Below are positions 28,620 to 40,406 of a DNA stretch of 64,000 nt, piece by piece. The stretch covers positions 1,344,001 to 1,408,000 of the forward strand of contig CAWFFN010000009.1 of NCBI GenBank assembly GCA_963815115.1, read 5' to 3'. The position numbers and the translations under genes are program-made. The stretch comes from an uncultured delta proteobacterium (GTDB lineage: Bacteria; Desulfobacterota; Binatia; DP-6). Within the stretch, counting starts at the first letter, position 1. The number at the start of each line of letters is the position of its first letter. The notes below the pieces were generated by a model, which ran no database searches, was not told the DNA's origin, and saw nothing but the letters and a program-made list of their open reading frames with translations.

Positions 28620-28932
28620 GCGATCCCGCTCGCCGGCTTATCAGGGCCGGCCCGGGTCGAGCGGGCGGAGCTGCGTCCCGTGGCCGGCGCCTGGGTCGAC
28701 GGTGCCGCGGGGCCTGGTCGTCACGGTCGGTATGGTCTGCTTCATCGGTCATTCACTGCTTCGCGTTGATGGGTGCGTCGGAAGGGCCTTCGGTTCGACC
28801 CACCGCGCTTCACGGACACCGCCATGGGGAGGCGAATGACGTGCTGGCGCTCGCGCAATGCTCTACCCACCTCTGCTGACGATTCACAAGTACACGAAGG
28901 TGGAAAAATGCAGTCGGACTAGATCAGTGCGG

Positions 28933-29670
28933 CTAGAGCGGCCTAGTCAGCCCGTGCCGCGCGGCGTAGAGGGCGACCGCGACGCGGTCCCGAACACCGA
29001 GCTTGCGAAACACGGACTGCAGCCGTTTCTTGATCGCGTCCTCGGTGACGAAGAGCTTGCGTGCAATATCGCCGTTGCGCAGTCCCGCCCCGACGAGCGT
29101 GACGACCTCCAGCTCGCGCGGTGACAACGCATGCTGGTCCGCGGCCAGCGCCGCCGCCGCGCGCGCCGCGAATCCCGTCGGTCGAACCGCCACCTCCATG
29201 ACGAGGCCGTCGACGCGTGACGGCTCGACCGGCTCCCTGGGCGTATCCACCAACCCCGGCGCCGGTCCGGGTCGTACGGCGAAGTGCCTCTCGAGGTCAG
29301 CGGGTGCCGGTTCGCGATCGTCGGGCAACACCACGCCGACGTTGTAGAGCGGCAGCCGCTGGTCCGTCGGGACAGGGAAGCGACGGATCGCGACGCGTGC
29401 CGGGACGACTCGGCCGCCTCTTCCTCGCAGGCGGTAACAGGCGATTCGGACGTCGCGCACCGAGAGGACGGACTCCACGTCCGCGAAGAGGGCCCGGTTC
29501 AGCGGGCGGGCCCACCTGGCATCGGCGGGGTGCGTGAAGTCGAGGAGGTCGGCGCGGCACAGGTCGTCCACGTCGGTCTCGAGGACAGCGGAGAAAGCCG
29601 CGTTGACCCCCAAGAGCGCCGCCCCGCGTCCCACGATGGCCAGGGGCAGGTCTTCTCCTTCTCGGCCCAT
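28933..29670 (-). CDS. PAS-like sensor + LuxR-type HTH regulator
   Basis: VNAAF...DFTHPAD PAS signature; LSPRELEVVTLVGAGLRNGDIARKLFVTEDAIK...KLGV. Confidence 0.8.
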   Translation of the reverse strand: MGREGEDLPLAIVGRGAALLGVNAAFSAVLETDVDDLCRADLLDFTHPADARWARPLNRALFADVESVLSVRDVRIACYRLRGRGGRVVPARVAIRRFPVPTDQRLPLYNVGVVLPDDREPAPADLERHFAVRPGPAPGLVDTPREPVEPSRVDGLVMEVAVRPTGFAARAAAALAADQHALSPRELEVVTLVGAGLRNGDIARKLFVTEDAIKKRLQSVFRKLGVRDRVAVALYAARHGLTRPL

Positions 29671-29810
29671 GCGATGTGAGGTACCTCGACGGACGCGACC
29701 CTCTCATTGTGTCGCTCGTTCACAACACGCCTCGAGCATCGGACATGGCAAGCGCCCGAGCTTCCCCCCGGTACGACGATACGTTGAAGCTCCGTAACGG
29801 GCGCGTCGCC

Positions 29811-30590
29811 TCAGATCAGTCCCGCGTACGAGCCGCCGTCGAGCTGCAGGTTCTGACCCGAGACGAATCCGGCCTGCGCGCTGCACAGGTACAGGCACGC
29901 CGCGGCGAGCTCCTCGGGCGTGCCGAGACGATTCGCCGCGATCGACGCGGCGATGTCGCGGTACGCCTCCTCGACCGAGACGCCGCGCGCGGCCGCCTGC
30001 AGGCCGGCCATGAAGCGCTGGCGATCCGTGTCGATGCGTTCGGGGAGGAGGTTGTTGATGGTGACGTTGTCGCGCGCCACCTCGCGCGACAGCCCCTTGC
30101 AGACGGCGGTGAGCGCGCTGCGCGCCGCCGTCGAGAGGCCCATCAGCGGATGCGGCGACTTCACCATCGCCGAGGTGATGTTGACGATGCGGCCGAAGCG
30201 CCGCGCCCGCATGCCCTCGATCACGGCGCGGATCACGAGGACCGGCGCCAGGAGGTTCTGCTCGAGGGCCGCCAGCCAGGCCGCGTGATCCCAGTCCTCG
30301 AAGCGACCCGGCATGGGGCCGCCGTTGTTGGTGATCAGGATGTCGGGCTCTGCGCAGGCGGCGACCAGGCGATCGCGTCCCTCCTCGGTGCAGAGGTCGG
30401 CGACGACCGGTGTGACCCGGACGCCCGTCTCGTCACGTATCGCCGCGGCCGTGGCCTCGACCCGCTCGACGTCGCGCCCGTTGACCACCACCGCGACGCC
30501 TTCGCGCGCCAGAGCCATGGCGCAGGCCCGGCCCAGCCCGCGGCTCGAGGCACACACGATTGCCTGCCGTCCTTCGAGTCCGAGATCCAT
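29811..30590 (-). CDS. Short-chain dehydrogenase/reductase
   Basis: MDLGLEGRQAIVCASSRGLG, NNGGP, GRIVNITS, SGQNLQLDGG; 3' part of ORF 29811..32315. Confidence 0.9.
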   Translation of the reverse strand: MDLGLEGRQAIVCASSRGLGRACAMALAREGVAVVVNGRDVERVEATAAAIRDETGVRVTPVVADLCTEEGRDRLVAACAEPDILITNNGGPMPGRFEDWDHAAWLAALEQNLLAPVLVIRAVIEGMRARRFGRIVNITSAMVKSPHPLMGLSTAARSALTAVCKGLSREVARDNVTINNLLPERIDTDRQRFMAGLQAAARGVSVEEAYRDIAASIAANRLGTPEELAAACLYLCSAQAGFVSGQNLQLDGGSYAGLI

Positions 30591-30610
30591 CGCTTGCGCT
30601 CCGTTCGCCG

Positions 30611-32249
<1,639 letters not shown>

Positions 32250-32260
32250 CGCGGAGGCGG

Positions 32261-32875
32261 CTAGCGCAGCACGGCCTGGTCGTCGGCGATGCGGCGCGCG
32301 ATCTCTGCACGCCACCCCTCGTACGGCTGGCAGTCACCGGTGGCGCGGCAGAGGTCCTCGGTGCGGCGGAGGATCTCGGCGTCGTCGAGCGAGAGATCGA
32401 GGAACTCGCCGCACGGCTGGTGTACGTACCACGGGCTGTCGACGACGAACTCGAGGCCGTTGCCCTCGGGGTCGCGCGTGTAGAGCGACCACGAGTTGCC
32501 GTGATTGATGGGGATGAAGTTCGTGTTTCCCTCGGCGGCGAGGCGCTCCTGCACGCGGCGCAGCGTGGCCAGATCGGCGAGCCGGAAGGTGAGCTGGAAG
32601 ATGGCCGAGCCGAAGCTGCCGCCGAGCACCGGTCCGGCGAGGATCTCGCCCTCCGTCCGCCCCGACGCCAATACGAGTTGATGGTGCTCGGACGGATCGG
32701 TGGTGAGGAAGACGAGGCGCGCCATCCCGCCCGGCACCTCGCCGCGATCGCTCACCGTCATGCCGAGGACGCGCGTGTAGAAGTCCTCCAGCCGGTCGAG
32801 GTCGAAGCAGCTGAGTCCGACGTGGCTCAACGTGAGCTTCCTGCCGTCGACGTGTGCATCGGTTGCAGTCGTCAT
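32261..32875 (-). CDS. VOC/glyoxalase-family protein
   Basis: LSHVGL, FYTRVLG, EHHQLVL, NHGNSWSLYTRDPEGNGLE. Confidence 0.85.
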   Translation of the reverse strand: MTTATDAHVDGRKLTLSHVGLSCFDLDRLEDFYTRVLGMTVSDRGEVPGGMARLVFLTTDPSEHHQLVLASGRTEGEILAGPVLGGSFGSAIFQLTFRLADLATLRRVQERLAAEGNTNFIPINHGNSWSLYTRDPEGNGLEFVVDSPWYVHQPCGEFLDLSLDDAEILRRTEDLCRATGDCQPYEGWRAEIARRIADDQAVLR

Positions 32876-32932
32876 CGCATCTCTCCCGAGTCTCGCCACC
32901 GGCTGTCAGCGCGGCGCAGCATGAGTTACTCG

Positions 32933-32947
32933 GCCGTATAATACGGC
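32933..32947. promoter_or_regulatory. Probable TetR operator overlapping -10-like elements
   Basis: Perfect inverted repeat GCCGTAT-A-ATACGGC in the AT-rich divergent spacer between VOC operon and TetR. Confidence 0.5.
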
Positions 32948-32985
32948 TTGCACGAATTAGTCAAGGGAGTAAATAGGGTTGTCGG

Positions 32986-33678
32986 ATGGCAGGGGCTCGG
33001 CAAACCGGCGATCGGGTCGAGGACGGCGCACGCGAACGCATCCTGGCCGCGGCGCTCGAGGTCTTCGCCGAGCGCGGCTTCGACGGCGCGCGCACGCGGG
33101 AGATCGCCGACCGGGCCGGCGCCAACCTGGGCCTGATCAAGTACTACTTCGATGGCAAGGAGCGCCTGTGGAGGGCTGCGGTGACACGCGCGTTCGCCGA
33201 GCTGCAAGCGGAGCTCGCGGAGGGCGCCCGGTCGAGCGATGACGACGATCCGCTCGCCTGGCTGGACCGCGTGGTCCGGCGGTTCGTCCACTTCGTCGCA
33301 CGGCATCCCGAGTTCATGCGGCTCATGAACGACGAGGGAAAGCGCGACGGCCGCCGCATGCGCTGGCTCGCGGATCGCTTCGTGCGGCCGATGAGCCAGG
33401 TGGTGAGCGCGCACCTCGATCGCGCGCAGGCGGAGGGCCTGGTGCCTCCGATCCCGTCGGTGACCCTGCGCTACATCGTGCTGGGCGCCGCGGGCCTGAT
33501 CTTCAGCCAGGCGCCCGAGTGCAAGTACGTCACCGGCGTCGATCCGACCGATCCGCAGTTCGCCGAGCGACACGCGGATGCGGTGCTCCAGCTGCTGACG
33601 GGCAGGGGAGGGCAGCCGCAATCGCCGAGAGCGGTGCGGAAGAGAGCGGCTTCGAAACGGCCTCGGTCGCGTGCGTGA
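32986..33678 (+). CDS. TetR/AcrR-family regulator
   Basis: RERILAAALEVFAERGFDGARTREIADRAGANLGLIKYYFDGKERL. Confidence 0.92.
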   Translation: MAGARQTGDRVEDGARERILAAALEVFAERGFDGARTREIADRAGANLGLIKYYFDGKERLWRAAVTRAFAELQAELAEGARSSDDDDPLAWLDRVVRRFVHFVARHPEFMRLMNDEGKRDGRRMRWLADRFVRPMSQVVSAHLDRAQAEGLVPPIPSVTLRYIVLGAAGLIFSQAPECKYVTGVDPTDPQFAERHADAVLQLLTGRGGQPQSPRAVRKRAASKRPRSRA

Positions 33679-33732
33679 GCCGCCGGGCCCCGGCCCCATG
33701 CGGCGGTTGGCTGGAGATGGAGCGGACCATGC

Positions 33733-35181
33733 TCAGTGCGCCGCGACCTTTTCGACGTCGGGAAGCACCCAGGTCTTCTCGAACAGGGCCTTGGTGGGCG
33801 CATAGGCGCGGAACATGAGCTCGAACTTGCGCGCCGGGTCGGTCGGAACCCAGTTGCTGTCATTGCCCGCCGGCGCCGTCGGGCCGAAATAGAGGTCGAT
33901 CGAGCCGTCCGCGTTCTTCTGCAGCTCGGGAATCTGCGACGAACGGCTCGCGCGCGGCATGTTGCGGATCAGCGCATGGGTCTGGCGGTCGTAGGCGGTC
34001 ACGGACCAGTACTGCTCGACCGGTGCGTTGGGCGGCACGCTCAGGCGATAGGTCTTGCTGCCGTCGAACGCCTCGCCGGCCTTGTCTCTGATCGAGATCA
34101 AGTACATCTGTCCGACGCCCAGATGCTTGAGGCCGATGAACGCATAGCTGTAGGCGAGCCCGCGGCTGTCGACCGGATAGGTGTTCGGGTCGGCATACCC
34201 ATCCTGCGCCGCCTTGACGAGGTCGGGAGGGGCCGGGAACGTCCACCGGCTGTTCGCGGAGAAGTACGGCGGAAGGCCGGCATCGTACTTCTGCTCGAGC
34301 CATGCGCCGGCGTCGCGCGCTGCTGACGTCAGCCGCGCCTTGGTCGCATCGTCGGGTTGGAACGGCTTGCCCTTCTCGATGCCGAGCGACTTGAGCTGGT
34401 CGATCATCGCGCGGTCGCGTTGCAGCCAGGGCTCGTTCTGCACGATCCGGTCGAGGTGCTCGAAGAAGCTCGCGTCGTAGCGGATCGTGGAGTCGAAGGT
34501 GACGTCCTTCACGTCGGTGAAGACGGTTGCGGGCGGATTGGCCGCCTGCGCGAGCGGATAGACCTTGACCTTCCTGCCGTACGCGATCGACTTCGCGACA
34601 TCCGCATCGCCGTGGCTGGCGAGGTTCGAGCGGATCAGGGCATAGCCGCCGAACGTGTCGGATTGCAGCGGGATGTATCCCTTGGGCGGCATGCCCTTGT
34701 AGCCCGGCGGGAGAATCAGAAACTTGCCGCCCCTGCCCTTGTCCACACCGAGCAAGCCCGCGTCTTCGAGCGGCATCTGCCACACGGTGACGATGTTGCC
34801 GTTGAACGATCCGTTCTTGTCCCCGGGCGGCAGGTCGAGCACGCTCGGCCCGTCCTTCGTGTCGAAGAACGTCATGAAGTAGAGCGCGTCGGGATTGGGT
34901 GTGAGCGTCTGGTTGTTCGAGTCGAGCGGACGACCCCAGTAGATGACCTGCCCGACCTTGCCCGCCGCCTTGGTGAGCATCTCCTGAAGCATCAGATCGT
35001 AGTTGACCGCGGGCATGCCCCAGATGACCGCCTCGACGGCACGCCGCTGCAGCGCGCGCTCGGCCAGCTCCGCCGAACTGAAATGCGAATCGGATGGCTG
35101 CTCCTGGGCACCGGCGGCGTTCGTCAGCCCGGTGAACAGGACGCCGGTGAGCAGCGCTGCGGTGGCCAGAGTCGTTCGCAT
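33733..35181 (-). CDS. Exported DUF1254/DUF1214 protein
   Basis: Signal peptide; LTPNPDALY, WQMPLED.G, YWSVTAYD, NADGSIDLYFGP, RAYAP. Confidence 0.85.
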   Translation of the reverse strand: MRTTLATAALLTGVLFTGLTNAAGAQEQPSDSHFSSAELAERALQRRAVEAVIWGMPAVNYDLMLQEMLTKAAGKVGQVIYWGRPLDSNNQTLTPNPDALYFMTFFDTKDGPSVLDLPPGDKNGSFNGNIVTVWQMPLEDAGLLGVDKGRGGKFLILPPGYKGMPPKGYIPLQSDTFGGYALIRSNLASHGDADVAKSIAYGRKVKVYPLAQAANPPATVFTDVKDVTFDSTIRYDASFFEHLDRIVQNEPWLQRDRAMIDQLKSLGIEKGKPFQPDDATKARLTSAARDAGAWLEQKYDAGLPPYFSANSRWTFPAPPDLVKAAQDGYADPNTYPVDSRGLAYSYAFIGLKHLGVGQMYLISIRDKAGEAFDGSKTYRLSVPPNAPVEQYWSVTAYDRQTHALIRNMPRASRSSQIPELQKNADGSIDLYFGPTAPAGNDSNWVPTDPARKFELMFRAYAPTKALFEKTWVLPDVEKVAAH

Positions 35182-35333
35182 GGTGTTCCCTTCTTTGCCC
35201 CGTGACGTGGCGACCGGTGGTTCGAGAGGCAGATACTACCGATGGTCGAGGACGGAATCACGGTGCCGGTGGACCACCTCTCGAGTGCGGCTGCGCGGTT
35301 GACAGCCGCCGAGGCCCCTCCGATGCTTTGCTC

Positions 35334-36287
35334 GTGCTGACGCTCGGGGTCCAGACCTGGGGCACGGACGTCGCGTCCCTTCAACGATATTGGGCGGCTG
35401 CCGAAGCGCTCGGCTACGATCGTGTCGTCTACGGCGACGGGCTCTGGCCGTGGACGTGTGACGGGTGGACGATGCTGGGCGCACTGGCCGTGCAGACGCG
35501 GAGGGTGCGCATCGGTCCCGCCGTGACGTACGCCATCGATCCGTCGTCGCACCACCCGTCATGGCTGGCGAAGCGCGCGACCACCGTCGATCAGCTCTCG
35601 AACGGCCGACTCGATCTGCGGCTGGGCATCGGAGCAGACGACGACGCGACCATGGACCTGTGGGAGAGTCATGGCGTTCCATATCCGCCGCGGGCCGAGC
35701 GCGTGGTCCGTCTCGCGGAAGCGGTCGAGATCATTCGCGCGCTCTGGCAGGGCGGCCCCGTCGATCGACGCGGGCGGTTCGGCGACCTCGTCGGCGCGGT
35801 CGGGGGACCGCCCCCGGTGCAGCGTCCTGGGCCGCCAGTATGGATCGCGGCCATGAGTGAACAGGCGCTGGCGCTGGTGGCCCGACTGGCCGATGGCTGG
35901 GAGGCGTCCTATCTGTCTCCCGCCGGGTTCGCACGGTGCTGGCGGGAGCTTCGCCGCCTCCTCGCGGCCGAGCGCCGCCGTCCCGAGAGCGTGCGCCGCT
36001 CGATCGAGGTCGACGTCGTGCTCGGCCAGTCCATGGCTGACGCCACGCTCGCTCTCGGGCGGTTTTGCGCTGCGCGCGGTATCGATCGGTACCATCGCCT
36101 CGTGGCCACGCTACTCGCCGGGGACGCGACGGCGGTGCAGCAGGCCGCGAGGGCCTACGAAGCGGCAGGTGCGACCGACCTGCTGCTCGGCTTTGCCGAC
36201 TTTCCTGCGACCGACATGTTGGAGGCGTTCGCGGCGACGGTGGTCCCCGCCCTGCGTGCCCAGGCAGCCGAGGCGAGCGTTCGGTGA
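35334..36287 (+). CDS. LLM-class flavin-dependent oxidoreductase
   Basis: AAEALGYD, TRRVRIG, TVDQLSNGRLDLRLGIG, PVQRPGPPVWIA, ARLADGW; start uncertain. Confidence 0.82.
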   Translation: MLTLGVQTWGTDVASLQRYWAAAEALGYDRVVYGDGLWPWTCDGWTMLGALAVQTRRVRIGPAVTYAIDPSSHHPSWLAKRATTVDQLSNGRLDLRLGIGADDDATMDLWESHGVPYPPRAERVVRLAEAVEIIRALWQGGPVDRRGRFGDLVGAVGGPPPVQRPGPPVWIAAMSEQALALVARLADGWEASYLSPAGFARCWRELRRLLAAERRRPESVRRSIEVDVVLGQSMADATLALGRFCAARGIDRYHRLVATLLAGDATAVQQAARAYEAAGATDLLLGFADFPATDMLEAFAATVVPALRAQAAEASVR

Positions 36288-36344
36288 CCCCCCAGATTCG
36301 GATCACGCACCTGTTTCGTCCCCGGCTACATGGCACCAGGGGTT

Positions 36345-36480
36345 GCCCCGGCCACGAACCGGACAGCGAGTGGCCGCAGGCCCCCGGCGGGGACGAGAAG
36401 CTGACGACCGCACTGCTCGAGCGGATCGCGCACCAGGGCGACGCTCGTCACCACACACGCGGCGCAGTTTCCGGCCCAGG
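36345..36480 (+). mobile_element. istB: Degenerate IS21-family istB 3' remnant
   Basis: SEWPQAPGGDEKLTTALLERIAHQ then frameshifted ATLVTT/RSFR, resembling the IstB C-terminus (EW..vFggDekltTAlLDRl.H....i...G.SfR). Confidence 0.6.
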
Positions 36481-36888
36481 CACCGTGACGGCAGACCCCA
36501 CGACGTTCCTCCGCCCTCGCTGGAGGCCGCCTACCTGTCGCGATGTGGCGGACTGCTTGCGACGGGAGCCGGTGTTCAACGACGCAGCCGGTCCAAGGGT
36601 GCACGGGAAGCGCGAACATGGCCCCGAGCCACTCCACCAGGCCACCCGCCACCGCGCTGCTGCCCCGGTGAACGATGGGGCGCGCGGCCGCCTCGCAAAA
36701 GAACGGGTACGGAGCCAGAGCACCCCCAAAAACACCAGCCGCCAGCCATCTGCACTTGCCGCGGTCAAATGCCTCGCACTATGGTGCACCCCGTTCCGCT
36801 ACTCCTGGCCAGGAGACACCGCCGCGTCGGCTTCTGGTTATCATAGTAAGCTAGCTGACCTCCGGCGCTCTTGGGGAGACGCACATCG

Positions 36889-37905
36889 ATGAACTCGAAG
36901 CTCAAGGTCCTTGCCGTATTGCTTCTCGCGCCCGCACTGATGGGAGGCTGTCCCTATGGGATGAATGCCTCCTACTCGGGGTACCCCTTCACGAACGACT
37001 ATCACCTCTCGATAGCGAGCTCGTACCTGATCCCATCGATTCGCATCACCGTGCGCTGGGACGTCGTCCAACCATACTCAGCAGCGGATTTCGACATCTC
37101 ATCGCTAACACCTCTGGTCGATGCCGCGGTCGCCAGGCACATGCAAATTCTCATGGTCTTCCAGCAGGCCACCACCCCAGGGTGGGCTCGAGGCAGCAAG
37201 AACCGCAACTGCTCGAACAACAAGCCCGAAGCGTATCCTCCGAAGAACGACACTGATTTCGGGACTTTCGCCGGCAGGATCGCCCTCGCATTCAAGGGCA
37301 AGATCGAAGCCTAGGAGATCATGGCCGAGGTCAACCGCTGCTTTGGTTGGCAAGGTACACAAGGCGGGTTTGTCAGTAAGGTTCTCACACCTGCGTTCGA
37401 CGCGATTCGGGCACAGGACCCGGCCGCAAAGATCGTCGCCCCTGGCTTGCACAATGCTACGAACTTCAACGACTGGATAGCCTATGAGAAGAATCACAAG
37501 CACTACCTCTGGAGAGCGTTCGACTTTATCGCCATCCATGCGTACGGCGAGGTCGGCGCCAACAAGGGCTGGATCGACCAGGCGGCTCAGTACAACGTGT
37601 GCACCGAGGATGGTCATTGCCCGGCGGGCTTCTGGATCACGGAGTACGGCAACTTCAAGGACGATGACTCCTTCTCAAACCCGAATTGCAAGAACCGCGA
37701 ACGCTCGCCGGACCCGGGTGGCGAGGCGCTGGCCACGCTTCAGCACTGCTTAGACACCCCGAAGTGCAAAAAGGCCTTCTACTGGAATCTCAACGAGAAG
37801 GACGATTTCTGCGGTCTTGGAGTCATCGATGGAGCAGGCGCAGTAAGACCAGAATACCAAGGGTTCTTGAACTTCATGAAGGCCAATCCCGTCGACAGGC
37901 CTTGA
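36889..37905 (+). pseudogene. GH-A clan (GH5/GH39-like) lipoprotein interrupted by in-frame TAG at 37312-37314
   Basis: Lipobox MGGC, RITVRWDVVQP, TPGWA, IEA*EIMAEVN, AIRAQDPAAKIVAPG, FDFIAIHAY, WITEYG; both ORFs in same frame; lower GC than flanks. Confidence 0.7.
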
Positions 37906-38470
37906 GAAAGACCCGCCTGCGAAGCATCTTGGTCGTCCCGTCCTCACGGGGATGGTCCGCTCGCTGTTGAACGCGCCAGAGCGGCGGCTCGGATGCTGGG
38001 CGCTACGCGACCTCCTTTCGGCTGTCCAGAGTCTGGCGATCGAGCGCGCGGATGAATGCGGGGAGCTCGGTGATCTGCCGGCCTCGCCAACGTACACGTG
38101 CGAGTCGTACAGCCGGCCTTTCTCGACGGGCCCTACGAGCAGCTTCCGGAGGTGTCGATGATCAAACAGAAGGCCGCAGTGGTAGCGGCGGGGGTAGCCA
38201 GTGCCGACGAGGACGACACGGCACATGCTGAGTTGCTGGCGTTCAGCGCCGACGGCACCACTCTCGTCGCGGCACCGAGGATGATCCAAGCCTGGGCTCG
38301 GTCCGTAGGGCCTCACATGCCGCACGGGCCGTCGCGACTCAGCGCATGGCGGGTGGCGCACGCGGCTCTCCCGACGTGCTTGCGTTCCAGTCCGTTTCCG
38401 GGCGACAAGAACCGGCCGTGCTCCCGGTCGGCTCCCTCCGGGCGCGCGACATCTTTCCCGGGAAGGACGC

Positions 38471-39871
38471 ATGACGCTCAAGAAGGTGCTCATCACTGTC
38501 GCGAAGACGGTCGTCACCGTCGCCATCTTCGTGTCGCTGTTCGTGGAGATCGGGGGTGGGACGGTCGCGGTGTCTCGCACGGGCTTTGCAGACGGCTCGA
38601 TCTTCTACCGCGCGAATCCCGCCGCACCGGGCATCGTCGGACGCCTGAAGGCGCGCCTCACGGGCGCGGCGCTGCCCGATCCCTACACGCCCCTCCCGGG
38701 CGACCAGGTCTGCACGCTCGCGGTCGAGGGCGCCCCGGTGTTCGTTCGCACCGAGACGGGGGCGATCGTGAAGCTCCGCGCCCTGCACCATTGCGTGGAC
38801 GGACACCTCGGGCTCGTCCTCGCCGGCCCTCGCGACGAGCGCAAGGTCCCGCTGGCGGACGCCACCGGCGCGACGGTCTGGGTGGAAAAGCAAGGCGTGC
38901 AGCGGGTGCCCATGACCGTCGGCGACCTCTGGGCCGAGGTGCGCGGGCTCGACCTCTCGGTCTTCCTGCCGTGGCTGCTGTTCGCCACCTTCATCAAGTT
39001 CCTCGGCATCATGGCCAACATCGTGCGCTGGCAGGTGCTGCTCGCGGGACAGGATCTCCACTTCGGGTTCGGGTGGCTCACCGCGAGCTACTTCGTCGGT
39101 CGCTTCTTCGGCATCGTCATGCCCTCCACGCTCGGCCTCGACGGCTGGCGGCTCTACGACACGATTCGCATCTCGCGGAAGCCGGTCGAGTGCACCACGG
39201 TGCTCGCCGTCGAGCGCGTGACGGGCCTCGTCGGGCTCCTGGCGTCCATCCTGCTCTTCATGCCATTCGCCGACCTGCAGGGTCGGGGCATCGCCGACGT
39301 CCTGCAGTCGATGGCGGTCCCCCTCGGCGCCGTGGTCCTGTTCGGGTTCCTGCTGCTGCTGCGGCCCGAGCTGTTCGCGCCGCTCATCAGGCTGGTGCCG
39401 ATTGCCAGGCTGCGCCGTTTCCTCGAGAGCGCCATCCGCAGCGCGACGGCCTACTCGAGCAAACGCAGTGCGCTCGTCATCGCGCTGCTGTGCGCGGTCA
39501 TCGGCCAGGTCACCACGATGACCATGTACTTCGGGAATGCCATGGCGCTGCAGGTCGAAGGGGTCACCATGCTGCAGGTCTTCTACGCCGCAGCGGTCAT
39601 GACGCTCTTCACCTTCATCATCCCGACCGCCGCGGGGGAAGGCGTGCGCGAGTTCATGTTCGTCGATCTGCTCGGCGGCCGCATTCCTACCGCCAAGGCG
39701 TTCCTCATCGGGCACGTCGGCTTCTGGATCGAGAAGCTCCTCCTCTCCTTCCAGGGCGGCATCTTCCTCCTCTGGGCGCCCAAGTCGTATCAGCGCGTCA
39801 CGCGGGAGGACCTCGAACGCCTGAAGGAGGAAACGGCGAGCGAGCAGGCGGCCCGCGTCACCGCCGCGTGA
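38471..39871 (+). CDS. Lysylphosphatidylglycerol synthase TM / flippase-like (UPF0104) protein with large soluble insertion
   Basis: RWQVLL, YFVGRFFGIVMPSTLGLDGWR, VERVTGL, PTAAGEGVRE. Confidence 0.8.
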   Translation: MTLKKVLITVAKTVVTVAIFVSLFVEIGGGTVAVSRTGFADGSIFYRANPAAPGIVGRLKARLTGAALPDPYTPLPGDQVCTLAVEGAPVFVRTETGAIVKLRALHHCVDGHLGLVLAGPRDERKVPLADATGATVWVEKQGVQRVPMTVGDLWAEVRGLDLSVFLPWLLFATFIKFLGIMANIVRWQVLLAGQDLHFGFGWLTASYFVGRFFGIVMPSTLGLDGWRLYDTIRISRKPVECTTVLAVERVTGLVGLLASILLFMPFADLQGRGIADVLQSMAVPLGAVVLFGFLLLLRPELFAPLIRLVPIARLRRFLESAIRSATAYSSKRSALVIALLCAVIGQVTTMTMYFGNAMALQVEGVTMLQVFYAAAVMTLFTFIIPTAAGEGVREFMFVDLLGGRIPTAKAFLIGHVGFWIEKLLLSFQGGIFLLWAPKSYQRVTREDLERLKEETASEQAARVTAA

Positions 39872-39877
39872 CCGGGG

Positions 39878-40020
39878 CAGCGCGGCGCCGCGCCAAAACG
39901 GAAGGCGTGAAGGCGTGGATCGATCCAGAGGGATACCGGCGTTTCATCGCCGGGAAGCGACGCGCTTTCGAAGACGAGGTCGACAAGGAACTTGGAGCCC
40001 CGACGAGTGCGGCGAAGTGA
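39878..40020 (+). pseudogene. 3' remnant of subclass B3 metallo-beta-lactamase
   Basis: RRRAKTEGVKAWIDPEGYRRFIAGKRRAFEDEVDKELG* resembles B3 MBL C-terminus; no start or N-terminal part. Confidence 0.55.
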
Positions 40021-40184
40021 ACTGCCCCCGAGCCGGCCCACGTGCCCCTCGGGGAAGTTCGGGCCGTGCTGGAAACGGTCGTGCAGCCAGTGCGCGATCA
40101 ATGCACGATAGACGTCCGTTTCAGCCTCATCCCTTCGCCCTTCTGCCAGGAGCCGCGCCTTCGAGCTCATGTGCGCACGGGCGA

Positions 40185-40390
40185 AGAGCTCTGGGGCGCC
40201 CGCATGCTGCACGACGTCATCGACCGCCCCAATACAGGTGCACGGCGCCCGCGGCGTGACGGGCGGTACGCCGCTCGAGTTCATGTACCGCGAAGCGCGC
40301 GACGCCGTCTCTACGACGGCCCGACGAGGTGCACCGCATGGTCGTCGCCCGCCGCCTGCCGAAGGACCCGGTCGCCGGCACGCCCTGGGC
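40185..40390 (+). pseudogene. 3' remnant of acyl-CoA dehydrogenase
   Basis: Across frames: GARMLHDVIDR / IQVHGARGVTGGTPLEFMYREAR / RLYDGPDEVHRMVVARR. Confidence 0.7.
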
Positions 40391-40406
40391 GCGACGTGGG
40401 CGCCGG

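Noticed and set aside
28780-28812. GGTTCGACCC tRNA T-loop-like sequence (also GAGTTCGATTCTC near 48250)
   Set aside because: No acceptor stem, D-arm or anticodon arm could be folded
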